A program made the position numbers and the translations under genes. Shown here piece by piece: positions 39,275-49,185 of a stretch of 64,000 bases of DNA. The notes beneath the pieces were generated by a model. The model saw only the letters and a list, made by a program, of their open reading frames with translations. It made no database searches and was not told where the DNA came from. Origin of the DNA: Thermoproteota archaeon (GTDB lineage Archaea; Thermoproteota; Thermoprotei; Gearchaeales; Gearchaeaceae); contig JAJPJK010000009.1 of assembly GCA_021324265.1 (NCBI GenBank), forward strand, positions 802-64,801, written 5' to 3'. Each line of letters starts with the position of its first letter. Position 1 is the first letter of the stretch.

Positions 39275-40220
39275 GATAGTTATCTTGAGCGGTGTCGCAT
39301 CATTATTGCTTTCTCTAACGATGGTTTATTATTATCCGTATATATCCGCAATTCCGCAGCCTGATTTTTATCCCCAAAATAACTCATGGAACGGACTGAT
39401 GGACTTCGTTAGAACCTACAATGCCTCGATAATCACAGACCTCAATGACCTACCGATCAAGGGTAGCGGCTTTGATCTATTCATAGTTGGACCGTATTAC
39501 AATTTCACTGTCGATGAAACGAATAGAATAAAAGATTTCTTAGCGAGCGGAGGAAAACTGATCATTGCTGACAATTTCGGTAGCGGAAACTCTCTTCTAA
39601 CATATCTTGGGCTTGATAGTAAATTTTCAAAGAAAACTGTCAATGATGCCGTATTCTATGTAAGAAACAGCATGATAATCGAATCATTGAATTCCTCCAT
39701 TCCCAATGTCAAGGTACTTGCCTTTGGGCCTGCAAGCTATGTAGAGGTAAATGACACAAGTGCAAAGGTCCTGGCATGGTCTAGCTCCTTCAGCTATGTT
39801 GAAGAAGGAAATTCTGAAAAGACCGGCCCTTTCCCCTTAATTGTAAGTATAGAATATTTGAATGGATCCATCATTCTTGTATCAAGTCCTACAATCTTCA
39901 CCAACTATTTCCTCACGCTCTATGACAACGCTTATGCAGTTAAATTCTTAGCAAATGGGAAGGTAATACTATTTACCTCAAAGCTCAAATATAGCATGCT
40001 TTACAACTTCTGGTATGCCGAAAATGAGTTCATAATCTCCATGAAGAGCGCTGGTGTTGACTTCATAGTCTTTTCTCTTTTATCCTTGGGGGTATTCATT
40101 ACACTAATTTATGAACCTAGAAGAGAGAAAATCGTTGATAAACTGACTGCTTTAATAAACGAGCACCCGGATTGGGATATAAATATCTTAAAGAGATTAA
40201 AAGAGGATATTGAGAAATGA
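39261..40220 (+). CDS. DUF4350-like membrane protein
   Basis: NNSWNGL, GP...FT.DE..RIKDFLASGGKLIIADNFG.GNSLL, P.IFTN. Confidence 0.75.
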   Translation: MVDFRIVILSGVASLLLSLTMVYYYPYISAIPQPDFYPQNNSWNGLMDFVRTYNASIITDLNDLPIKGSGFDLFIVGPYYNFTVDETNRIKDFLASGGKLIIADNFGSGNSLLTYLGLDSKFSKKTVNDAVFYVRNSMIIESLNSSIPNVKVLAFGPASYVEVNDTSAKVLAWSSSFSYVEEGNSEKTGPFPLIVSIEYLNGSIILVSSPTIFTNYFLTLYDNAYAVKFLANGKVILFTSKLKYSMLYNFWYAENEFIISMKSAGVDFIVFSLLSLGVFITLIYEPRREKIVDKLTALINEHPDWDINILKRLKEDIEK

Positions 40221-41146
40221 ACAGGCAGATCGTTAAGAACTTGCTGGAAAGTATCAGCTCAGTAATTATCGGACAGGAAGAAACGATACAAAAACTACTT
40301 GCATGCACACTTGCTGAAGGCCATGCGTTACTTGAAGGGCCTCCGGGTGTGGGTAAGACAACACTGGCAAAAGTGCTCTCTATTTGCTTAGGGGGAGCTT
40401 TTAGGAGAATACAGATGACTCCAGACCTTCTTCCGAGCGATATAATAGGCTCAAGCTATTTTGACGTAAAGGAAGGGGTATTCAAAATAAGACAAGGGCC
40501 AATATTCGCGAATGTACTGCTAATAGATGAGCTCAATAGGGCATCACCCAGGACTCAATCTGCTTTACTCGAAGCTATGCAAGAAAGGCAGGCAACGATT
40601 GAAGGAAATACATTCTCATTACCAAGGCCCTTCATAATAATAGCCACACAAGGTCCAAGCGCAATAGCAGGGACTTTTCCTCTAACAGAAGTACAGCTAG
40701 ATAGGTTTGCAATGAAGTTGATAAGTGGAATACCTTCAAGAGAAATAGAGAAGAAAATAGTCGCAAATATAGATGAAATAGAGCAATTAAAGATAAAACC
40801 TGTACTTACTTTAAGTGATGCCATAAGGTTAATTGATGAAGCAAAAGGAATTAAGATTTCTGAAAGAATACTTGACTATATATTGAATATAATAGAGCAA
40901 ATCCGTAATGATAAAAGAATAAGACTCCCTCCAAGCCCTAGAGCTTCGATATGGCTTTATAAAATAGGCAGGGTCTTCGCTTACTTAGATGGAAGAAACT
41001 ACATGATACCTGATGATGTGAAACGCATAGCGCATGAGGTCCTGAGACATAGAATATATTTGAAGACAGAATGGGAACTTGAGGGGATTGAACCAGATAC
41101 GATAATAAGGGAGACACTAGAAAGCGTCGCAGTTCCACGTGAATGA
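40217..41146 (+). CDS. moxR: MoxR-family AAA+ ATPase
   Basis: [63 protein letters not shown]. Confidence 0.96.
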   Translation: MNRQIVKNLLESISSVIIGQEETIQKLLACTLAEGHALLEGPPGVGKTTLAKVLSICLGGAFRRIQMTPDLLPSDIIGSSYFDVKEGVFKIRQGPIFANVLLIDELNRASPRTQSALLEAMQERQATIEGNTFSLPRPFIIIATQGPSAIAGTFPLTEVQLDRFAMKLISGIPSREIEKKIVANIDEIEQLKIKPVLTLSDAIRLIDEAKGIKISERILDYILNIIEQIRNDKRIRLPPSPRASIWLYKIGRVFAYLDGRNYMIPDDVKRIAHEVLRHRIYLKTEWELEGIEPDTIIRETLESVAVPRE

Positions 41147-42441
41147 TTAACTTTACAAAGCTAGGAAAATTACTTTTTTCAATAGATCTATCCTCGATAT
41201 TAATATCTTTATTTTTTTCAAATTACTATCTTTTAGCGATCTTTATAATTTCTTTTTTTATATTAATTTATGACTATCTCGATGCAAGAAAAATCTTGAC
41301 AAAGCCTCCCATAGAAATCATGCCAAATCGACTTTCGAAGAGCGTTATAAGAGGAGAAGTGCTACATATGGACCTCAAGTTCAAATCTAAAAGAAATTTT
41401 GAACCAGTTAATACCAAAGAATTCAAAATAGAAAAGAAAAACGATACGCTAAGCATTCAACTAAATGCCGACAGGATTGGCACGAAAGTTTTGAATGAAA
41501 TAAAAATCAAAATGCCCAGTAAGCTAAAACTATTCAACATAGAAACTAGTGCAAAACTTGAGCTGGAAATACGCATAAAACCAAAAATCGTGGCCATAGC
41601 TATGGAGATCTTGGGTATTCTTGAGGGCTTGAGAAAAGGCAGAGGAGGCATGATGATGGGGGAGACGGTTTCTAGGTTCATCGGTCATGGCTTTGAATAT
41701 CTGGGTTCAAGGGAATATCACCCCGGAGATGATTTGAGAAGAATAGATTGGAAGGCAACTGCTAGGAGGTTTCAGTTAATGATTAAGGAATTCCATCGAG
41801 AAATGGGAGGAAGGATAGGTTTGATATATTCAAATTACAACATAGGTCCGAATACGAATGACGATATGGTTTCAGATTTTTTGCTCATTTTACTGAATGC
41901 AGCAAAAGAAGATATACCTGTAAAGGTAACGATGATAGAAAACGGACAAATTATAGATATTCCTGTTTCCGATCCTACGGAGATACTTGCAATCTGTCTA
42001 GATAGATTACTTAAATACAGTGGAGTATCCTATGAGGAAATTTATCAGATAATTGAGGAAGACCCTTACTTCAGAGATTTTAAGCTCATGAATCTTGAAA
42101 GATTCCAAGAATTCGTTAAGCTCTCAAAAGAAAAAGTAATGAGAGATGCCAAAATAGGAAAAAATTTCATGTCATTTTTTGAACCCGAAAATAGCAATGA
42201 AACTGAAGCAATTATTATATTTTCAAGTCTTATCAAGGATTCAAGACTGATCTCTAGCTCTGCTCTAATGATGAGATTTCCGAACGTAAGGCTCTACATA
42301 GCATATCATTCCAAACCATGGCTTGATGCAAAGAATCTTGAGGAGGCCTATTTGATGTACAAAAAGATGAACAGCGTGCTAAATTATTTAACCAAAATAG
42401 GTTGCGAAACACTAGCTGTACCAATACTCAAACCCAAATAG
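41143..42441 (+). CDS. DUF58 domain membrane protein
   Basis: EYLGSREYHPGDDLRRIDWKATAR...MIKEF; N-terminal TMs. Confidence 0.92.
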   Translation: MINFTKLGKLLFSIDLSSILISLFFSNYYLLAIFIISFFILIYDYLDARKILTKPPIEIMPNRLSKSVIRGEVLHMDLKFKSKRNFEPVNTKEFKIEKKNDTLSIQLNADRIGTKVLNEIKIKMPSKLKLFNIETSAKLELEIRIKPKIVAIAMEILGILEGLRKGRGGMMMGETVSRFIGHGFEYLGSREYHPGDDLRRIDWKATARRFQLMIKEFHREMGGRIGLIYSNYNIGPNTNDDMVSDFLLILLNAAKEDIPVKVTMIENGQIIDIPVSDPTEILAICLDRLLKYSGVSYEEIYQIIEEDPYFRDFKLMNLERFQEFVKLSKEKVMRDAKIGKNFMSFFEPENSNETEAIIIFSSLIKDSRLISSSALMMRFPNVRLYIAYHSKPWLDAKNLEEAYLMYKKMNSVLNYLTKIGCETLAVPILKPK

Positions 42442-42442
42442 C

Positions 42443-43333
42443 TTGGAGAAGTTCAACATAGTAGCGATCCTTCCAGCTTATAACGAGGAAGGAAAGATAG
42501 CGAAGGTTTTGGTAAAGACTCTCAAGCATGTATCGAAGGTAATCGTTGTAGATGATGGTTCAAATGACTATACAGCGGAGATAGCTGAAAGGATGGGAGC
42601 AATTGTTTACCGCCATGGAGAGCGCTTGGGAAAAGGAGAAGCTCTTAAAACAGGCTTCGAAATCGCTAAAAAACTGGGCGCAGATATCATCGTTACGCTC
42701 GATGCAGACGGCCAGCATGATCCGGATGAGATACCTCTTGTAATTGAGCCTATAATGAAAGGTGAGGCGGATATCGTGATAGGATCTAGGACTCTATCCA
42801 ATTCCAAAATACCTACAATAAGGAAGATTGGGAATGATGTATTGAACAAGGTAACGAACATAGCTTCAGGGCTGAAGCTAACCGATACGCAGAGTGGCTT
42901 CAGGGCTTTTACTAGGAAGGCTATCGAGATGATCGAGGTCAAGGATCATGGCATGGGAGTAGAATCGCAGATCCTTATTGATGCAGCAGATAAAAAGCTA
43001 AGGATAAAGGAGGTGCCTATAAGCGTTAAGTATGGCAAGGATACCTCTACATATAACTTCCTAAAGCACGGCTCGTATGTCTTCATCGTCATATTGAGGA
43101 CGATTATAGAGAGAAGCCCATTGCTCTATCTAGGGCTTCCTGGCATAGCTGTTGGAGCCGTTGGCCTCGCGCTCACGATATGGTTGCTCGCTCTTTACAA
43201 TACCGAGCGATACTTCAGCATACCTCTCGCTATTCTAGCTCTTGGAGGCATACTGCTAGGCGTAATACTAGTAGTTACTGCACTTCTTTTATATGCGATA
43301 AACAACCTGCATGCAAGGCTAAGAAGAGTATGA
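42443..43333 (+). CDS. GT2 glycosyltransferase (DPM1-like) with C-terminal TMs
   Basis: PAYNEE, VVDDGS.D, DADGQHDP, DTQSGFRA. Confidence 0.93.
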   Translation: MEKFNIVAILPAYNEEGKIAKVLVKTLKHVSKVIVVDDGSNDYTAEIAERMGAIVYRHGERLGKGEALKTGFEIAKKLGADIIVTLDADGQHDPDEIPLVIEPIMKGEADIVIGSRTLSNSKIPTIRKIGNDVLNKVTNIASGLKLTDTQSGFRAFTRKAIEMIEVKDHGMGVESQILIDAADKKLRIKEVPISVKYGKDTSTYNFLKHGSYVFIVILRTIIERSPLLYLGLPGIAVGAVGLALTIWLLALYNTERYFSIPLAILALGGILLGVILVVTALLLYAINNLHARLRRV

Positions 43334-44505
43334 AGAAAATAACGATTATATCGCAGTACTGGGAGCCAGATATGAATGGAGATGTAGTCAGGCTGAAGAA
43401 TTACATTGGATTGCTGCTAAAGCTTGGATTCGAGATAACGCTCATAACTGCGATACCCAACTATCTAACATATAAAAGGAAAGAAGCCAAGGTTGGGATC
43501 GAAAAAAGAGAAAGGCTCAAGATAATAAGGTTATGGATGCCCAAGCTTGTGCACAAAGGATTGGCTAGTAGGCTAATTCTATATTTGAGCTTCATGATAT
43601 TCGCTTCGCTACCTACATTGATCTATGCTAGGAAAAGCTATATTTGGGCATTCTCTCAGAGGGTCTTCTCAACACTCGCCGCATTGCCTGCGAAGCTGCT
43701 ATTCAGAGTTAAGCTTTATTCGGATATAACAGATATTTGGCCTGAAGCGTTGATCAATACGGATTATGCCAGTGAGGATTCATTATTCTATAAAATGGGT
43801 AGATTCATAGCAAAGATAGCCTATAGATCCAGCGATAAGATCCTTGTGCTAAGCGAAGATATGAAGAAGCAAATCGCCAATCGATATGGTTTAGATCCAA
43901 AGAGGGTATTTGTATTGGAGAACTTCATGCCGAGCAGAGAAATAGATTTACCAAACATGAACGGAGAGCTCAGAGTGCTTTATTATGGGAATCTTGGAAA
44001 GAACTACGATTTCGATGCGATAATTGAGCTGGCAAAGGAACTTAAGCGAGAAAAGATCAAGTTCATCATCATAGGATCTGGGGAGATGGAATATGAAATC
44101 ATTGAGAACATAAAAAGGAACGGGCTCACAAATGTTGAATTCATCAACAGGATGCTTGAAGAAGCAAAGCTAAAAGCCTTTGTTAAGGATGCACAAGTTT
44201 TAATTTTGCCTATGCGTCATCAAGTCATAGAGGACGTCTCATTCCCAACGAAATTAATAGACTATCTCCATTCAGGCAGGGTAATACTTTACATAGGGAA
44301 TGGATATTGCTTAAGGCTAATTAATGGCCATAAGGCAGGAATTGGACTAGATAAGTTCGAGAAGGAAAAGCTTGTTGATTTCCTAAGAACGTTAAGTAAT
44401 AACGCTGAGATGATAAAGGAATATGCAACGAATGCAAAAAGACTTGCGGAAGAGATGTTTTCTGAAATGAACGCCACTGCGAAAATTAAAATCCTCTTTC
44501 AGTGA
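43330..44505 (+). CDS. GT4 glycosyltransferase (WbuB-like)
   Basis: ISQYWEPD, DIWPEA, YYGNLG, FPTKLIDYLHSG; start moved to MKKIT (43330). Confidence 0.88.
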   Translation: MKKITIISQYWEPDMNGDVVRLKNYIGLLLKLGFEITLITAIPNYLTYKRKEAKVGIEKRERLKIIRLWMPKLVHKGLASRLILYLSFMIFASLPTLIYARKSYIWAFSQRVFSTLAALPAKLLFRVKLYSDITDIWPEALINTDYASEDSLFYKMGRFIAKIAYRSSDKILVLSEDMKKQIANRYGLDPKRVFVLENFMPSREIDLPNMNGELRVLYYGNLGKNYDFDAIIELAKELKREKIKFIIIGSGEMEYEIIENIKRNGLTNVEFINRMLEEAKLKAFVKDAQVLILPMRHQVIEDVSFPTKLIDYLHSGRVILYIGNGYCLRLINGHKAGIGLDKFEKEKLVDFLRTLSNNAEMIKEYATNAKRLAEEMFSEMNATAKIKILFQ

Positions 44506-46208
44506 TGGCGAATAACATAACAGTCCTAGGAATCAACGACGGCCACGATTGCGGTGCAGCGCTCATAAGAAACGGAAAGATATTGGCGGCCGTTCAAGAG
44601 GAGAGGCTATCGAACATAAAGCATCACAGCGGAACACCGAAGTTAGCGATAAGGGAGGTATACAAGATAGCTGGCATAGATCCAAAGGAAACGAATGCAA
44701 TAGCGATCGTTAGCCTGAATAGAGTTTACTCTCCACTTGAGGAATACCCTCTTAAAGTTAGGATTTTCGAAAAGGCTTCAAGATTCTTTCACGGCAAGAG
44801 CTTCGCTAAACTATATGTTTCTATACTTCACAAGTTCAGACCAATAAAGGAGTTGATGGAAATATTTAGCGAGCTTGGCATAGAGGATAAAGAAGTTAGA
44901 TTTGTTGAGCACCACTTAGCGCATGCTTCATGCGCTTATAGAACAAGCCCTTGGGGCTATGATAAGCCAGTCTTAGTTATGACCTCAGATGGCGCAGGAG
45001 ATGGAGTTTCAGCCACTGTCAATATTGCAGAGAAAGGCGAGATAACTAGGATAGCATGGTCAACGTTCTACAATTCGCTAGGCAACGCTTTCTATAGCGA
45101 GATAACTCGCTATCTTGGCATGAAGCCCTGGGATCACGAATACAAGGTCATGGGTCTTGCGCCATATGGCAAGCCTGAACTTTGCTTGGAAAAGATGAAG
45201 AAGATCATAAGGATAAATCCGAAGAACAAGCTAGAATTCGAGAATACATTCGGTTCTTATCTCAAATCGATGCAGCCAAAGCTTAGGAAGCTCCTAGCAT
45301 ATGAGAGATTTGATAACATCGCAGCAGCATGCCAGCTATATTTCGAGATGCTCGTATGTGAATGGGTAGAGAATGCCATAAAGAAAACGGGAATAAGTCA
45401 TGTTGCCTTCGCAGGAGGTAACTTCTTGAATGTCAAAGCAAACAAGAGGATTTTGGAGCTAGAAAGCGTTGAAGATGCCTTTTTCTATCCAGCATGCGGA
45501 GATGATGGAACACCTGTTGGCGCAGCTTTGCAGGCCTATTATGAAATATGCAAAGAAGAAGGCATAAAGCCTGAGTTCCATCCACTTGAAGATCTTTACT
45601 ATGGACCTAGTTATGATGACGAGGAAATAAGAGAGGTGCTTAAGAAAGAGGGAATGCTTGAAAAAGCTGAGAAATATAGCGATATAAATGGCGTTGTAGG
45701 CGAAATGCTCACCAAAGGGAAAATAGTGGCGAGATTTGATGGGAGGGTTGAATGGGGACCAAGGGCACTGGGCAATAGAAGTATACTTGCAGATGCAAGG
45801 GATTTCAGAGTGATTAGGAAATTGAACAGCGCGATAAAACAAAGAGATTTCTGGATGCCCTTCGCTCCTACGATACTCGAGGAAAGGATTGATGAATACC
45901 TTATCGATGCGAGGCCAGCTAGATATATGATACTCGCTTTCGATACCACTGAAAAGCGAGATGAGATCATCGCTGCAATACATCCCCAAGATTTCACTGC
46001 AAGGCCACAAACGTTAAATGATTGGAACGAAGGATATAGGAAGATATTAAAGGAATTCGAAAATATAACAGGTGTTGGAGGGATTCTCAATACCAGCTTC
46101 AATCTCCACGGCTATCCCATCGTAGGTACACCTGAGCTAGCAATATGGACACTTAAGAACTCTGGACTTGAGTATTTAGCAATTGGAAGCTACTTGGTAA
46201 GGAAGTAA
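44502..46208 (+). CDS. Carbamoyltransferase (NodU/CmcH/TobZ family)
   Basis: HDCGAAL..QEERL, EHHLAHA, EYKVMGLAPYG, EWGPRALGNRSILAD, MPFAP, NTSFNLHG.PIV. Confidence 0.95.
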   Translation: MMANNITVLGINDGHDCGAALIRNGKILAAVQEERLSNIKHHSGTPKLAIREVYKIAGIDPKETNAIAIVSLNRVYSPLEEYPLKVRIFEKASRFFHGKSFAKLYVSILHKFRPIKELMEIFSELGIEDKEVRFVEHHLAHASCAYRTSPWGYDKPVLVMTSDGAGDGVSATVNIAEKGEITRIAWSTFYNSLGNAFYSEITRYLGMKPWDHEYKVMGLAPYGKPELCLEKMKKIIRINPKNKLEFENTFGSYLKSMQPKLRKLLAYERFDNIAAACQLYFEMLVCEWVENAIKKTGISHVAFAGGNFLNVKANKRILELESVEDAFFYPACGDDGTPVGAALQAYYEICKEEGIKPEFHPLEDLYYGPSYDDEEIREVLKKEGMLEKAEKYSDINGVVGEMLTKGKIVARFDGRVEWGPRALGNRSILADARDFRVIRKLNSAIKQRDFWMPFAPTILEERIDEYLIDARPARYMILAFDTTEKRDEIIAAIHPQDFTARPQTLNDWNEGYRKILKEFENITGVGGILNTSFNLHGYPIVGTPELAIWTLKNSGLEYLAIGSYLVRK

Positions 46209-48070
46209 TGCAGATAGAAGTATTTGAAAGGAGAGTAAGAGAGCTATTGGATAAAATACTTGTTAGGAAGTTTGCTTTCTATGCACTTGGCCTTGTAACT
46301 GCGCTGAACATAGCAATGGCGCTATTTTTGCTGAGTAGATTCGTAATCACGTTTTACTTCTATTTCTTGAACCTCCTTGGATTGAACATTGGCCTAGTAG
46401 CATATCTAGGCTTGGATAGAATAAAGGTGCTTAAGGAGATAAAAATGGGTAGTAAAGTCAATGCTGCATTACTTTTACTTTTCATTTCTTTTATGTTCAT
46501 TTCTTATTTATCAATACTTTATAGCGTAAACTACAGATCTATTTACTACTATATTTTCACGACGCTAGCATTCTTCACTATACTTCCAAGAATTTTCTTC
46601 GATGAAATGAAGAAGAGAAATGCAATGATCATACTCATGCAACTCATGGCACTGAGCTTTCTTGAAAGGATAAGCCTTTTCATCATGCACGACTTTCCAC
46701 CTTGGTGGGATCCATATTTTCATTACGCAACAAGCTTAACTGTATATAATAATGCCCACATTCCTAATCTAGCTGGCTATACGTATTTTCCGCTCTATTA
46801 TATTTTCAACAGCGAGATATGGCTCATGATCTTTGGTGATACTAGCATGAATTATATTGTTATAAATGCGCTCATACTAGTTATATCTTTGATTTTACCT
46901 TATTTGATCGCTGAAAGGATCACAAAAAGCGAACGAGCTGGGGTATTCGCAAGCACTTTGATTATGATAGTATATAATTTCTTCGGCATGACTAACTTCC
47001 AGACCCCCCATCCTTTCTCGTTTACCTTAGCAATGCTCTCGATTTATTTGCTTTACAGGATAATCTTTGAAGGAATTAATTACAGGCTCATAGGTATTTT
47101 CTTAATCTCATCGATAGGGTCCTTCATATTCCACCCAAGTGGAGGCCTTTTCTTGAGTTATCTTAGCATAGGCTTAATTATATTCAGGATGCTTTTCAAT
47201 GTTAGGAGATACTTGGTGTTTTTAATATTCCCTTTATTCGTATTTTTATACTTAATTAACCTAGCTCAGAATCAATTAGGCTATTATATATCACTTTCAT
47301 TTGGTGCGCAAGGCCTTAGCGTAGAAAACCCCGTATATCCTGGCTTCAGTTCAACTTTCGCACAGATAACATTTTACACACTTTCGCATTTCTGGTATTT
47401 CGCAGTTGCATTCTTTACTGCGTTGGGACTATTTACCCTCATATTGAGCAATAAGAAAAACTATTTTTTACCCGTGCTAGCTGTTATCGCAGTACTTCCT
47501 ACAACTACATTGTTCTTCACAGGGAGAGCTGTGGCAGAAACAATTGGAACAGGATTCATAGTACTTGCAGAGGTATTGTTGGGAGGAATTGCGCTTAGAA
47601 GCACTTTCAAAAAAACAATAGCTATATTCTTCATAATTCTATTAACCTTTTCCTTCTTTTCTTCTACGTTACTAAGCGATGATGCTCCGTATTTCGGCAA
47701 AGCAATTAATGGAAATTATACTTATTACATCCAACAAACTTATTACACGAATGAACAAAGCATAAGTGCAGCAAGCTTGCTTGTGAATAACATGCAAGGA
47801 AACATATTAGTCAACTCCACAGATGATAGAGCTTTTGCTGCATGTTGCTCAATATCAGTGAAAGGATATGTTCACTTAGATCCTTCGATTTATGTGGTCA
47901 GTAACAATACATACTATTTCATTAGCTACTACATAACCTCTCGATGGCCAGCTCTTCCTCCACAGGCATATGAAAATTTCGCAAGAAATATGACAGCAAA
48001 TCCTAATGTTAATTTGATTTATTCAAATGGAGATACTATAATCTTCTTCTCGAGCATTCATAAGAAGTGA
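46208..48070 (+). CDS. Polytopic membrane protein (GT-C/polymerase-like, DUF2206/DUF6541-like)
   Basis: ~13 TM segments, DPYFH and YTYFPLY loop motifs, C-terminal NLIYSNG. Confidence 0.65.
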   Translation: MQIEVFERRVRELLDKILVRKFAFYALGLVTALNIAMALFLLSRFVITFYFYFLNLLGLNIGLVAYLGLDRIKVLKEIKMGSKVNAALLLLFISFMFISYLSILYSVNYRSIYYYIFTTLAFFTILPRIFFDEMKKRNAMIILMQLMALSFLERISLFIMHDFPPWWDPYFHYATSLTVYNNAHIPNLAGYTYFPLYYIFNSEIWLMIFGDTSMNYIVINALILVISLILPYLIAERITKSERAGVFASTLIMIVYNFFGMTNFQTPHPFSFTLAMLSIYLLYRIIFEGINYRLIGIFLISSIGSFIFHPSGGLFLSYLSIGLIIFRMLFNVRRYLVFLIFPLFVFLYLINLAQNQLGYYISLSFGAQGLSVENPVYPGFSSTFAQITFYTLSHFWYFAVAFFTALGLFTLILSNKKNYFLPVLAVIAVLPTTTLFFTGRAVAETIGTGFIVLAEVLLGGIALRSTFKKTIAIFFIILLTFSFFSSTLLSDDAPYFGKAINGNYTYYIQQTYYTNEQSISAASLLVNNMQGNILVNSTDDRAFAACCSISVKGYVHLDPSIYVVSNNTYYFISYYITSRWPALPPQAYENFARNMTANPNVNLIYSNGDTIIFFSSIHKK

Positions 48071-48120
48071 TAATTAATATTGCTTGAGAGGATCATCCAA
48101 AATTATAAATTGCAAAAAAT

Positions 48121-48825
48121 ATGATTGTTCCTTTAGAGTATTTAAATAAAAAGTATTTTAAAGCTATGATTAAGAATCCATACCAAATAAGATTTTTTAT
48201 AGATTTGGTTCAAAGAGAACAAAAATTATACAGAATTCTAGAAGCAAGTACCAAGGAAATAAAATACAACTTGAGCAAGGCAGAGGAAATAAGGAGAGAA
48301 ATTTATGAAAAAATGAAAAACTATTCATATCATGGTGCAATGGTCTCTCCTCTGGAAGGCCCAATCATTTATTGCATAGTTAGAATTTTAAAGCCAGAGA
48401 TCGTTATCGAAACAGGCGTAGCTAATGGTGCATCATCCACATTCATCTTAAATGCTTTAGAAGAAAACAATAAAGGTAGGCTATACAGCATAGATCTTCT
48501 TTCAAAAGAGTTGCAAGTGAAAGAAAAAGAAATAGGATGGTTGATACCGAAAGAATTGAGGCATAGATGGAATTTACATCTTGGAGACAGCAAAGAATTG
48601 CTACCAAAGTTTTTGCAACAATTAGGATACGTTGATATATTTTTACACGATAGCTTGCATACTCTTGAACATGTATTATTCGAGCTTAGAATTGCCTCAG
48701 CTTATATTAAAAGCGGTATCTTAATAGCTGATGATGTACATCCAAGCTGGATAAATAAAATATGCAATGCTCTAAATATCGAAAAACATGAATTGTTCAA
48801 TGATTTATTAGTATTGAAGAAATGA
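48121..48825 (+). CDS. Class I SAM methyltransferase (Methyltransf_24-like)
   Basis: KPEIVIETGVANGAS, LYSIDL, DIFLHDSLH, ADD. Confidence 0.88.
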   Translation: MIVPLEYLNKKYFKAMIKNPYQIRFFIDLVQREQKLYRILEASTKEIKYNLSKAEEIRREIYEKMKNYSYHGAMVSPLEGPIIYCIVRILKPEIVIETGVANGASSTFILNALEENNKGRLYSIDLLSKELQVKEKEIGWLIPKELRHRWNLHLGDSKELLPKFLQQLGYVDIFLHDSLHTLEHVLFELRIASAYIKSGILIADDVHPSWINKICNALNIEKHELFNDLLVLKK

Positions 48826-49169
48826 AGTATCTATCCAAATATCATCACGAGCTTAATGAAAAGGCATATACGAGACTCAACATAGAAGATAGTGATTTCA
48901 AAAAAAGACAAATAATATATCCTAAATATTATTTTAAGAGAACTAATAATAATATGGAAGGCTTGGCAAATTTTTTATTATATATGTATCAAAAAATCAG
49001 ATAAAAAATTAAAAATAGGCATATTTTAAATCTAGGTGCAGGAACAGGTTATCGAGATACAAACTTACTTTTAAAATTGCAAAATAAAGTCAAAGCATTA
49101 GATCTCTCCTACGAAAAAAGCGTTCAAATAAAATATTTTTATACTATAGATATTTACTTTAATTATTAA
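48822..49169 (+). pseudogene. Methyltransferase remnant
   Basis: In-frame TAA at 49002-49004, followed in the same frame by HILNLGAGTGY...VKALDLS (SAM motif I/II), then a stop at 49167-49169. Confidence 0.65.
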
Positions 49170-49185
49170 TTTAATATTCAAAAAA

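Noticed and set aside
43180..43329. Long N-terminal extensions in the ORF track (this GT4; also hisS, ribL, pcm, HerA-like, HTH-PRT)
   Set aside because: They overlap neighbouring genes; downstream starts fit family N-termini and translational coupling
49002..49004. Possible stop-codon readthrough/recoding in the methyltransferase remnant
   Set aside because: The stop is TAA (not TGA/TAG), and the frame ends ~55 codons later, far short of a full methyltransferase
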